A stretch of 63,269 nucleotides of DNA, the filler included, from Candidatus Eiseniibacteriota bacterium (GTDB lineage Bacteria; Orphanbacterota; Orphanbacteria; Orphanbacterales; Orphanbacteraceae), in assembly GCA_043809585.1 (NCBI GenBank). It is 5 parts of 5 records of this genome, joined end to end, with 100 filler letters (N's around TTAATTAATTAA, not from the genome) between each part and the next. Parts side by side here need not be neighbours in the genome. Positions count along the whole stretch, not along the records: positions 38,243 to 55,155 come from JBDROZ010000090.1; positions 55,256 to 60,817 come from JBDROZ010000098.1; 3 more parts are not named here. The stretch is one strand, 5' to 3'. Below are positions 46,646-55,394 of this stretch, in pieces (the first letter of the stretch is position 1; every line of letters begins with the position of its first letter). The notes beneath the pieces are model-generated. The model was not told the origin of the DNA. It ran no database searches and saw nothing but the letters and a program-made list of their open reading frames with translations. The translations under genes were made by a program, and so were the position numbers.

Positions 46646-47517
46646 GCGAGCCGCCGTTCCGTTCATTCCTCGACCTTCCCCGCCGGCCCGAGCGGGACGC
46701 GGACGTCGTGATCCTTCCTCTCCCCTTCGAGAGGACCGTCTCCTACGGGCGCGGCACGGCGGGGGGTCCCGGCGCGATTCTCGGAGCGAGCGCCCAGATC
46801 GAGCTCTTCGACGAAGAGGTCGGACACGACTTCGAGGCCGCCCCCCGAATCCACACGGCCCCTTTCCTCCACCCCGAGAGCGGGGAGGAAGTCCCCGCCT
46901 ATCTCGATAGGGTGGCGGCCCGGGCCCGCGGGGCGGGTGACAGGTTCGTGCTCGGCCTCGGCGGGGAGCACACGGTCACCTACGGGATGGTGGCCGGACT
47001 CCCGGTTGATCCGGCGAACCTCACGGTCGTCCAGATCGACGCCCACGCTGATCTGATCGACCGCCTGGACGGCGAGGAGTGGTCCCACGGGACGGTGATG
47101 CGGCGGCTGTGGGAACTTGGCGTTCGTCTCGTCCAGATCGGCGTCCGGAGTGTTTCCCGAGAGGAGCACGACTTCATTACGAAGGGGGACCGGATCCGGA
47201 CTTTCTTCGCCCACGAACACCGGGACCGGCGCCTGGAAATTCTCGATTCTCTCCGGGCCCTCACGGGGCCGGTCTATCTCTCCCTGGACGTGGACGGGCT
47301 CGATCCCTCCGTGATTTCGACCACGGGGACGCCTCAGCCCGGCGGGCTCGACTGGTACGAGGGGGTGGAGATTATCCGGGCCGTCGCCGAGGCTCCCGCC
47401 GCGCGCCTCGTCGGCGCCGATCTGGTCGAGTACGTCCCCTCTCCTCATCCCCCGGGCTCGGACCTCGCCGCGGCGAAGCTCGCCGTCAAGATCCTCGCCT
47501 ATCGGTTCGGAGGGTAG
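46642..47517 (+). CDS. speB: Agmatinase/ureohydrolase
   Basis: TVSYGRGT..GP, GGEHTV, IDAHADL, SHGT, SLDVDGLDPS..TGTPQPGG; ATGA overlap. Confidence 0.92.
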   Translation: MSEPPFRSFLDLPRRPERDADVVILPLPFERTVSYGRGTAGGPGAILGASAQIELFDEEVGHDFEAAPRIHTAPFLHPESGEEVPAYLDRVAARARGAGDRFVLGLGGEHTVTYGMVAGLPVDPANLTVVQIDAHADLIDRLDGEEWSHGTVMRRLWELGVRLVQIGVRSVSREEHDFITKGDRIRTFFAHEHRDRRLEILDSLRALTGPVYLSLDVDGLDPSVISTTGTPQPGGLDWYEGVEIIRAVAEAPAARLVGADLVEYVPSPHPPGSDLAAAKLAVKILAYRFGG

Positions 47518-47621
47518 GGGCGCGCGTCGTAGACTTATTTCCTCCGTGAAGACCCAGCGATGGTGGGAGTACCGGCGGGTCCTGACCGCTCCTGTCCGCT
47601 GCAGTGCTCGTCAGGGGGGGG

Positions 47622-47723
47622 TTGGGGACACAATACGGAACTCCGGGGATTGGGGACACAATACGGAACTCCCAATTGAGTATTGTGTCCCCCGAATAGC
47701 GGATTAGGTATTGTGTCCCCCGA
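47622..47723. repeat. REP-like cluster: two direct copies followed by two inverted copies
   Basis: TTGGGGACACAATACGGAACTCC at 47622 and 47650; GTATTGTGTCCCCCGA at 47680 and 47708; lies between convergent genes. Confidence 0.85.
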
Positions 47724-47726
47724 CTT

Positions 47727-48788
47727 TCACAGGTCGAACCCGAGCCCGGGGCGGTCGGTGGGATAGAGGACGCCGTCCTTCAGGATGACGGCGCCCGCGG
47801 TCGGGTCGTCCAGGAGATCGAGGTGGCCGTCGAGGTCGCAGTAGGCGACGTTCGGCCGGGCGAGGGCGAAGTGGAGGCCCGCGGCGATGGCGAGCGCCGC
47901 CTCGTCCATGCATCCCACCATCACTTCGAGGCCCGCCGCCCGGGCGACGCCGTTGATGAGGAGCGCCTCGGCGATCCCGCCCACCTTCATCAGTTTCACG
48001 TTCACCATGTCGACCAGGTCCCCGCGGGCGAGGCGGAAGGCGTCGAGGAGGGTCATGAGGCTCTCGTCGGCCATGATCGGGAGGGCCACCCCCTGGGTGA
48101 CCCGGCCGAGGAGGGCGGGCTCCCCCTTCGGCGTCGGCTGCTCGATCAGCTCGAGCTTTCCCGCCCTAGCCCCCTCGACGAAGCGGAGCGTCTGCTCCAG
48201 CGTGTATCCCTGGTTCGCGTCGAAACGGAGCTCCACTTTCGGTCCCACCGCCTCCCGCACTTTGAGGATCCGCTCCGCGTCGAGGTCCGGGTCCTTGCCC
48301 CCCTTGATCTTCAGGGACCGGAAGCCGCGCCCCGTGAGGTCCCGGGCCCGCTCCACCGTCTCCTTCACCGGGAGGATGCCGACGGTGACGCTGGTGACGA
48401 AGGAGCGACGGTAACCGCCGAGCAGTTTCCAGAGCGGGAGTCCCGCGGTCTTCCCGAGGATGTCGTGGAGGGCCATGTCGAGGGCGGCCATCGTCGATGA
48501 CCGGCCCGTCAGGGGCCGCCGGAGGCGTTCGATCACCCGGCTCGTCCGGAGCGGGTCGGCCCCGACGAGGTGGTCCCCTTTCACGGCGTCGATCGCGGCG
48601 AGTACATCTTCTGGTGTCTCGCCCGTCACGGGCGGATCGGGGGCGGCGCAGCCGAATCCGGTGATCCCGCCGCTCGTTTCGAACCGGACGAAGATGTTCA
48701 CCGCCGTGTCGACCTTCTCGTAGGCGATCTCGTACGGCTCGGCGAGCCTCATCTCGACGCGCCACGCCTCGACCCGGGTGATCTTCAT
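47727..48788 (-). CDS. Enolase-superfamily dipeptide epimerase / N-acyl-amino-acid racemase (AEE/DgcA-like)
   Basis: LKIKG (KxK), DANQG, IEQP, ADES, NVKLMKVGG, GCMDE, DLDG (DxD). Confidence 0.92.
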   Translation of the reverse strand: MKITRVEAWRVEMRLAEPYEIAYEKVDTAVNIFVRFETSGGITGFGCAAPDPPVTGETPEDVLAAIDAVKGDHLVGADPLRTSRVIERLRRPLTGRSSTMAALDMALHDILGKTAGLPLWKLLGGYRRSFVTSVTVGILPVKETVERARDLTGRGFRSLKIKGGKDPDLDAERILKVREAVGPKVELRFDANQGYTLEQTLRFVEGARAGKLELIEQPTPKGEPALLGRVTQGVALPIMADESLMTLLDAFRLARGDLVDMVNVKLMKVGGIAEALLINGVARAAGLEVMVGCMDEAALAIAAGLHFALARPNVAYCDLDGHLDLLDDPTAGAVILKDGVLYPTDRPGLGFDL

Positions 48789-48789
48789 C

Positions 48790-51156
48790 TCAGTACTTCT
48801 TTTCGTACATCTCGTCGAGGGTCATCGCCTTCAGGTCCTCCACGAGCGCGACGAGATGCTCGATCATCACGTCCCACATCTTCCGGCCCTTCTCGGCGCT
48901 CGCCTTCGTCGCGTCCCCCATCACGCCGCTCTCCGAGATCCGCTTGGTGAAGGCGTACCACGACACGCCCCTCCGCGAGGTGAAGTTCAGGTAGCGGCTC
49001 GAAAAGCGGGGGATCTCCCTCTCCGCCTTGTCCATCTGCACCATGTCGGGTCGCACGGCGAGGGAAGTGCTCGTCTCGACCTCCCCCGCGTGGACGTCGT
49101 TCGGCGTCTCCGTCATCGCCTCGATGTCCACGTCGCTCGTCTCCCCCGTGTCGACACCGACGAAGATGCGCGCGTCCCGGTTGATCATCTGGGCGGCGAA
49201 GTTGAGGGACGGCCCGTTCCCCCCGTGGCCGTTGATGATGAGCAGCTTGGTGACGCCGTTGGCGGCGGCGCTCATGCCGATCTCGTAGATGAGCCGCGAC
49301 AACGTCTCGTTTCCGACGCTGATCGTCCCGGGAAACTCGTTGTGGTGGTACGACACGCCGTAGGGGACGAGGGGGAGGACCACCGGCTTCGGGTCGCTGC
49401 ACTGGCGCGCCACTTCCCGGGCGAGGTAGTCCGCGTCGAAGGCGTCCGTGTCGAGGGGGAGATGGCGGCCGTGCTGCTCGATGGCGCCGACGGGGAGGAG
49501 CGCCACGTCGACCATGCCGAGCCTTTCCCGCGCCTCGGGCCAGGTCAGGTCTCCGAGGAGGATGCTCCGGCACGCCCGGTTCTCCGGCCCGTAGTCCCCG
49601 GAGCGGCCCCGCTCGAAGGAGTAGGGGCGGTCGATGGCGGCTTCCTTCTCGGGGTCGAAGTCGACCCACGCGCGCCCCTGCCTTCGCACCGCGCCGTTCG
49701 CGTGTTCGCCGAGGATGCGGAACAGGGGGCGCCTCATCTCCACCGGGATCCCGTCGATCGGCGACCGGACCGGGTCGAACCGCAGTTTCAGGATCTCCGG
49801 GTGCTCCCGGAGGCGGGCTTTCCGCTCCGGGGTGAGGTCGATCGCCCCGCTCTGCGAGAGCATCCAGCGGAGCTGGCGCTCGCCCCCTTCCTCCTGATGG
49901 ACTCCCTTCACCGCGAGCTCCGCCCGGCAGTGCTCGACCTGCTCCGCCGTGTATCCCGCGAGGCCCGGCTCGCCGCCGACGGCGAGGAGCATACCGACGA
50001 TGCGCCGGCACTTCTCGCATTTGCCGCAAGGCTTCACGCGATCCCCTTCCTTGTGGGTCGCGTGGCAGGAGACCTGGTGCTCGAAAAGGGCGGGGTACCG
50101 CTCCACTAGGGTCTTCTGGATGAGCAGCTCCGACGCGGGGCGGAGAATGGAGAACTGGGAGAGGGGCCAGCTCTTCCGCGCGTAGTAGCGGGAGAGAACG
50201 TTGTCGAAATAGCGGCTCTGGTCGAAGAGGCCGTCGTAGTGGGTGATCCCCTTGTGGGTGGTCCGGCATGTCGTGTCGTATTCGTCGCCGATCAGGATGC
50301 GCCCCGCGCCCCTCCGCCGGGCCACGGGGAGGATCCCGAACAGGAAGACCGCCACCGTCCAGAGGCGGATCGGGTACTCGTCGGAGCGGACGCTCGCGAA
50401 GTCCTTTCGGATGAAGGGGAGGTGGCGGAGCATCTCGGCGAAGACCCGGTCCGAATTCATCCAGACCCGCGCCGCGTGAGGAACGTTCTCCTTGAAGTGA
50501 CGGTGCGCGTTCAGCGCCGTGAGCCAGTGCCGCCCCGACTCGTTGCCGAAGACCGGGTGGACTTCGTACCCCATCTCGGAGAGGAGCCCGAAGGTGAGCA
50601 GGCTGTCCTTGCCTCCGCTCGAGAGGACGACGCACCGGCGCCGGTCGGGCGCCCCGCTCTTCCACGAGATCTTCCCGTTCCCCTTTTCCGCATCCGGGAA
50701 GCGGAGGGCGGCGCGGAGGTACTGCTCCCGCCGGACGTGGGGCACCTCCCGCCCTTCCCCCACGAGGAAGGGGTTCGGCTCGAGGAACTTCTTCACGTAG
50801 ATCTCCCGGGCCGTGTTCTCCGCCATCTCGGCGAGGAACCTCCGGTCCGCGAGGTCGAAGGGCCCCCGGAAGACGATCTCCTTCGCGAAGAGACCGTAGT
50901 TCAGGGCCACCTGGGCTCCGGCGACGGCGGCGAGATTCCGGTCCTCCGGAGCGCCGGGATCGAAGACCGGCTCCTCGAAACGGTAGACGAAGTCGACGGT
51001 GTGCCTCTCCCGCCCCTTCCGGACGGTGTAGGGGGTCGTTACCCGGTCCGCCTCCACCCGGTCCGGTCCCACCTCGAGGGAGTCCCACACGACAAGCAGA
51101 TCGAGGGGGTCCTTCCCTCGGCGGCTTCCGCTCCCCTGCTTCTTCTTGTCCGTCAA
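48790..51156 (-). CDS. Fusion of a PP-loop ATP pyrophosphatase (QueC/MurL-like) domain and a creatininase-family amidohydrolase
   Basis: LSSGGKDS PP-loop, SCH..PCGKCEKC; C-domain LTWPE, PVGAIEQHGRHLPLDTD, YGVSYHH..FPGT, NGHGGN, HAGEVETS, SGVMGD; TTG start overlaps the upstream TGA, RBS GGAGGAGG. Confidence 0.88.
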   Translation of the reverse strand: MTDKKKQGSGSRRGKDPLDLLVVWDSLEVGPDRVEADRVTTPYTVRKGRERHTVDFVYRFEEPVFDPGAPEDRNLAAVAGAQVALNYGLFAKEIVFRGPFDLADRRFLAEMAENTAREIYVKKFLEPNPFLVGEGREVPHVRREQYLRAALRFPDAEKGNGKISWKSGAPDRRRCVVLSSGGKDSLLTFGLLSEMGYEVHPVFGNESGRHWLTALNAHRHFKENVPHAARVWMNSDRVFAEMLRHLPFIRKDFASVRSDEYPIRLWTVAVFLFGILPVARRRGAGRILIGDEYDTTCRTTHKGITHYDGLFDQSRYFDNVLSRYYARKSWPLSQFSILRPASELLIQKTLVERYPALFEHQVSCHATHKEGDRVKPCGKCEKCRRIVGMLLAVGGEPGLAGYTAEQVEHCRAELAVKGVHQEEGGERQLRWMLSQSGAIDLTPERKARLREHPEILKLRFDPVRSPIDGIPVEMRRPLFRILGEHANGAVRRQGRAWVDFDPEKEAAIDRPYSFERGRSGDYGPENRACRSILLGDLTWPEARERLGMVDVALLPVGAIEQHGRHLPLDTDAFDADYLAREVARQCSDPKPVVLPLVPYGVSYHHNEFPGTISVGNETLSRLIYEIGMSAAANGVTKLLIINGHGGNGPSLNFAAQMINRDARIFVGVDTGETSDVDIEAMTETPNDVHAGEVETSTSLAVRPDMVQMDKAEREIPRFSSRYLNFTSRRGVSWYAFTKRISESGVMGDATKASAEKGRKMWDVMIEHLVALVEDLKAMTLDEMYEKKY

Positions 51157-52244
51157 CGGCCCTCCTCCTTCTTCGCCTTCGCCCGGGCGAGAACGAGATC
51201 GGCCAGCTCCGCGGCGCCGTCCAGGAGAACGTCGAAGGCGGGGATCCCGACGGTCCTCGCGATCGCGGCGCGGACGAAGGGGATCTCCTCCCTCGCGAGC
51301 CCCTCGTGGTTGAGCGTGACCGCGAGCACCCGTTTCCCGGAGACGAGCTCCGCCGCTTCGATCTGGCGGGAGAGGGGATGAATCGGGTAGCCGGGGAAGC
51401 CGTCGTACTCCTTCCGGGCGGGGGCGTCCTGCATGACGATCCCGTCGGGGCGGGCGGCGGCGAGAATCTCGAAGCCGCCGGGGTAGGCGGGGTTCATCAG
51501 GCTCCCCTGCCCCTCCACGACGATCACCTCGGGGGACTCGTTCTTCCAGGCGCTCCAGACGGCGTGCTCGATCTCGCCCGTCACGAAGTCGTTGACGAGG
51601 GAGTCCATGACGATCGAGTGGCGGGCCCCCTGGAGCCACGCGGTCTGCCCCGTCCCGACCATCTCGGCCTTCCGCCCCTTCCCCTCGATTGCCTCGACGA
51701 GCTTCCACGCCGTCGTCCTCTTCCCGACGGCCGAGTCGGTGCCGAGGAGGGCGACGACGTAGCAGTCGACCTCTTCGATCTTGCCGCAGAAGAAGCGCTG
51801 CTCCGACCGGGCCGGGGGTTTCCGGGTGTCCCGGATGCGGACGTCCCTCGACTTCGCGAGCGCGGCGAGCTCCGGGTCCTCGGAGAAGAAGTCGTGGAGC
51901 CCCGAGTCGACGTGGAGCCCCGCCTCGATCGCCTTCCGGACGTCGGCCCGGCCGGCGGGGGAGAGGCGGCCGCCGTCGGGGGCGAGGCCGACGACGAAGT
52001 GCGTCGCCGGGGCGCCCGAGGCGCGGGCCCGGTCGAGCCCCTCGGCGAGGGAGGCCACGATCGGAACGCCGTTCGGTTTTCCGTCGAGCACTTCCCCCGC
52101 GTCCTCACCGGCGTACCGGGAGTCGACCACCGCCGCCACGTCGTAGCGTCGGGTGAAGCGGACCAGCCCGTGGGCGGTCTTCCCGTTCGTCGTGTTGAAA
52201 GCGCCCTCCGAGTAGACGAGGGCGATGCCGTCCTTCTTCATCAT
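51153..52244 (-). CDS. DUF1611 family protein (DgcN-like)
   Basis: GKTAHGLVR, GLAPDGG, SGLH, GTDSAVGKRTT, GTGQT, EGQGSL..P. Confidence 0.92.
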   Translation of the reverse strand: MMKKDGIALVYSEGAFNTTNGKTAHGLVRFTRRYDVAAVVDSRYAGEDAGEVLDGKPNGVPIVASLAEGLDRARASGAPATHFVVGLAPDGGRLSPAGRADVRKAIEAGLHVDSGLHDFFSEDPELAALAKSRDVRIRDTRKPPARSEQRFFCGKIEEVDCYVVALLGTDSAVGKRTTAWKLVEAIEGKGRKAEMVGTGQTAWLQGARHSIVMDSLVNDFVTGEIEHAVWSAWKNESPEVIVVEGQGSLMNPAYPGGFEILAAARPDGIVMQDAPARKEYDGFPGYPIHPLSRQIEAAELVSGKRVLAVTLNHEGLAREEIPFVRAAIARTVGIPAFDVLLDGAAELADLVLARAKAKKEEGR

Positions 52245-53377
52245 CTCTTCCCCGTCAGCACGATGACGTACCGGTCGTTCCCGAGGGCCTCCTTCTGGTG
52301 CCGGTCGAGGAGGGCGATCAGGCCGGCGGTGGAGGCGGGAAGGGTGTTCAGGCCCTCCCTCTCGCGGATGAACTTCGAGTAGGAGAGCATGCTCTTATCG
52401 GAAGCGTTTGCCGCCCAACCTCCGGTGGTCCGAATGGCGTCGAGGGCCGGGTCGCCGTCGATGGAGTGCCAGTTGACGAGGGGTTCGTTCACGCTCGTCT
52501 CCTTGACGCGCTCGGGCACGAGGTCCTCGCAGGTGTCGAGCCCCTTGGCGAAGGCCCGGGTGATCGGGTTCTTGCCGAAGGTGGACCCGGCGACGATCTT
52601 CGGGATCCGGGAGGTCTTCCCCCGCCTGTTCAGGCTGAGGAAGCCCTTGTAGATTCCCGCGAGGGTGGTGCCGTTCGAGACGGGGGCGGCCACGACCGCC
52701 GGGGCGTCCCGGAGTTCGTCGTAGATCTCGTAGGCGATCTCGCCGTAGGAGCGGAGCTGGAGGGCCGTGTTCGCGCCGCCGGGGTTCGCGTCGTACACCT
52801 CGTCCCGCTCCGCCCGCTCCCGGGAGGCGACCACGGCGGCCTCGTAGTCCCCCGGCACGCGGACGATGGTCCCGCCGAGCTTCACCATCTCTTCGACACG
52901 CTTGGTGTGATACGTCTCGGGGATGTAGATGAGGCACTCGAGGCCGGCGAGGGAGGCGGCGAGGGCGACGGCGGCGCCGTAGTTGCCGCAGGTGGCGACG
53001 GTGACGGCGTCGTAGCCGCGGCGGAGGGCGTCCATGGCCTGGGCGAAGGCGATGCGGTCCTTCTGGGTGCCCGTCGGATTCCCCCCCTCGAACTTGAGGT
53101 AGAGCTGGCGGAGGCCGACCTCGCGCTCGATGTTCCGGGCCCGGGTGAGGGAGGTGTCCCCCACCTCGGAGTCGAAGAGGTCCTCGTACGCCTCGAGCCG
53201 CTCCTCCACGTCCCGGGTTCGATCCCGGGCGATTTCGACGGCGTCCTTCAGGTCCGGGGAGTAAGTCCGCTCCTGGGGGGTCGCGCCGTCCAGGATCGGA
53301 TCGGAGAGTTGACTACCCGGCGGAACGGCCTCCGGCGGGGCTTCCACCTCCGGGGGATCCGGAATCTTGTCGTTCAT
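52241..53377 (-). CDS. PLP-dependent fold-type II enzyme, threonine synthase-like
   Basis: LYLKFEGGNPTGTQKDR (PLP lysine), ATCGNYG, PVSNGTTLAG, PAST; RBS AGGGAG; ATGA overlap with DUF1611. Confidence 0.92.
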   Translation of the reverse strand: MNDKIPDPPEVEAPPEAVPPGSQLSDPILDGATPQERTYSPDLKDAVEIARDRTRDVEERLEAYEDLFDSEVGDTSLTRARNIEREVGLRQLYLKFEGGNPTGTQKDRIAFAQAMDALRRGYDAVTVATCGNYGAAVALAASLAGLECLIYIPETYHTKRVEEMVKLGGTIVRVPGDYEAAVVASRERAERDEVYDANPGGANTALQLRSYGEIAYEIYDELRDAPAVVAAPVSNGTTLAGIYKGFLSLNRRGKTSRIPKIVAGSTFGKNPITRAFAKGLDTCEDLVPERVKETSVNEPLVNWHSIDGDPALDAIRTTGGWAANASDKSMLSYSKFIREREGLNTLPASTAGLIALLDRHQKEALGNDRYVIVLTGKR

Positions 53378-54027
53378 TGTTTTTGTCGGTCTCCCTACCG
53401 GCCTCAGGGGCCGGCCGGGGCGTCTTCCGCCCCATTCGGTCGGATGCGGTTGAAGTATAGAACGGGGGGGCGCGACGCAAGGGAAAAAAGGGGGGGCCGT
53501 GGCCGGGGCGCCGTTTCGGCGGGGCGGGGGCCGGGAGAGGGAGGGTTGCGGGTCGGACGTGAACGCTCGTCGTGCTGCGGGAGGAAACCCTCCCTTTCTC
53601 CGGGCTCGTAGAGGAAGCGTTGTTGATAACGCCAACAACTCCCCGGTGATGACCCGATCCCTCCCGAAACCGGTCCCCGCCCCGACGGTTTCTCGCGCAG
53701 AGCAGAGAGAGTCACCCGTTGCCCCGGCCACCCGTCCGTGGCAAGGCATGCTCAGCGAGGAGTGCAGAGCTGAATGGGTGACCGTCCCTGTTTTCCGCCA
53801 GGGAACGGGGCTTCGGAGTGAGCAATCGCCCCACCCTACCTCCCACGGAGCTTCGCGCCTCGAGGCGATGACGATTGATCGATTCTGGTGATTTCTGGTA
53901 GGATATTCTGGCACCAGCGGGAAGAGTCGAATTCCCGCCACCATCAAGAACGGAAATCGAGGAGTGCCCCCGGCCATGAACCACTCCCCGCACTTCCAAG
54001 TCGTATCCATTTCCTCCGGACGAATCA

Positions 54028-54327
54028 ATGCCCGCCGGCCGGCACTCGGTGGGCCTCACTCCGGACCGCCTCTCGAGCGGCGTCTACTTCTACATTCCGA
54101 CGGCGTACGGGACTGTATCGGCATTCGGGTCTGGCGGGGAAGCGGAGAACGAGTTCGACGATCCCTCGAGATCGACGATTCTCTCCGCCGCCGACATCGC
54201 CGCCGAGCGGGAAGAATCGATCCGCTCCAACCAGGACCGGATGGCGCGGGAGATCGCCGCCCTGCGTTCCGAAGTGGAAGCGCTCCGGCGGGAGATGGGG
54301 GGGAGGGAGGAGGGAGGGGGGGACTGA
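54028..54327 (+). pseudogene. Probable gene remnant containing a FlgD/T9SS-tail fragment and a coiled coil
   Basis: MPAGRHSV..LSSGVYFY matches the tails of the 18059 and 30690 proteins; no N-terminal part is present. Confidence 0.4.
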
Positions 54328-54445
54328 CGGCCAGAGAGGAGGTAAAGACGGGAACAGTCGCCGGACTCCAAGAAGTGAGTGATTGACACCGTTTTCGGCC
54401 CCATCTCTATCGGCTCTTTGCCTCCAGCCAAGTTCGGAGGGTCCC

Positions 54446-54625
54446 ATGAAGAAGTTCTTTGAGTCCGGCGCGGCCTTCATGGTGGTCGCCTTGATCATGG
54501 TCTTCGTCGGTTTCCTCCCGGGCAATAGCGGCGTTCTGGTCGGCGCGGGCGGGTTCTGGCTCATCATGGCGATTGTCACTCACAGCAAGTACAAGAAGAA
54601 CCAGGTGAAGAATCGATCGGAATGA
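54446..54625 (+). CDS. Small two-TM membrane protein
   Basis: RBS GGAGG, two hydrophobic helices, basic tail. Confidence 0.65.
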   Translation: MKKFFESGAAFMVVALIMVFVGFLPGNSGVLVGAGGFWLIMAIVTHSKYKKNQVKNRSE

Positions 54626-54681
54626 CCGGTCCTTGTTCCAGGCGAATGGGCGGCTGATACCGGTTTTTAGAGGAGAGATTC

Positions 54682-55017
54682 ATGGCCGATCCGAAGTTCT
54701 CACTTCCGGCGCGTTATCGGGACGCCGGGCTGCTGCTGGTTTTCGGTCTCCTGGGCATCGCGAACGGCCGTGGAAGGCTGGGCGACATCGTCGGCGGCGC
54801 GCTGATCGGGATGGCGCTCTGGCCTTTCCGGCGGTTCGGGTGGATCGCCGCGGGAGCCGTCGCCCTGGTTCTGTCGGCGATGCTCTGGTGGGAGCTGCTG
54901 ACCGATGCCCCGGGTGCCGCAGGTGTCGGCCGTCCTGTCATGATGACCCTGATCGCCCTGCTCCTCTTCGGGCTGGGCCTCCGCCATGAGGGGGGCGGAG
55001 AGGAGCGCCCGAACTAG
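54682..55017 (+). CDS. Small four-TM membrane protein
   Basis: RBS AGAGGAG, four hydrophobic segments; stop TAG lies in the MITE CTAG. Confidence 0.7.
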   Translation: MADPKFSLPARYRDAGLLLVFGLLGIANGRGRLGDIVGGALIGMALWPFRRFGWIAAGAVALVLSAMLWWELLTDAPGAAGVGRPVMMTLIALLLFGLGLRHEGGGEERPN

Positions 55018-55155
55018 CCTTGATTTTTCATAAAATCTCGGCTCAAAACGCTGACGCTCGCATGATAGCACGCCATCTGCGACAGTGCTCGCATTCACCA
55101 ATGCTCACATATCGTTGGATATGCTCTGCTTGGTGAATGCTGCGCGCTGCCGCAT
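55014..55155. mobile_element. MITE end (TIR CCTTGATTTTTCA, same as the 13753 element), truncated at contig end
   Basis: CTAG-CCTTGATTTTTCA; nested hairpins GCATTCACCAA..TTGGTGAATGC and CATATC-GTTG-GATATG. Confidence 0.8.
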
Positions 55156-55255
55156 NNNNNNNNNNNNNNNNNNNNNNNNNNNNNNNNNNNNNNNNNNNNT
55201 TAATTAATTAANNNNNNNNNNNNNNNNNNNNNNNNNNNNNNNNNNNNNNNNNNNN
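55156..55255. other. Artificial contig spacer
   Basis: N44-TTAATTAATTAA-N44. Confidence 0.99.
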
Positions 55256-55394
55256 CCGCCTGCGAAGCCTCCTTTCCGTCGCCGCCTCCTCGACGTAGTG
55301 CATGACTACGCCTCCGGTGGCGGCTCGTCCAAGTCGGCTTCTCGTCAGGCGATCCGAGCCCTCGTGACGGAGATTCATGCATAATCCAGGCTAG
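55256..55394. mobile_element. End of multicopy MITE, truncated at contig start
   Basis: Reverse complement of 38004-38142; its CTAG contains the pilD stop codon. Confidence 0.85.

Noticed and set aside
47622-47723. Possible mini CRISPR array
   Set aside because: Only two direct copies with a 5-bp spacer, followed by inverted copies; no cas genes.
48790-51708. 972-aa version of the creatininase fusion, and the 829-aa version of ArnT (58268-60757)
   Set aside because: The extensions overlap DUF1611 and recD2 in another frame; coupled starts at 51156 and 59917 fit better.
53500-53900. Possible c-di-AMP, cobalamin or c-di-GMP riboswitch upstream of the PLP operon
   Set aside because: Only isolated words such as GCTGAAT match; the conserved cores are not present in order.
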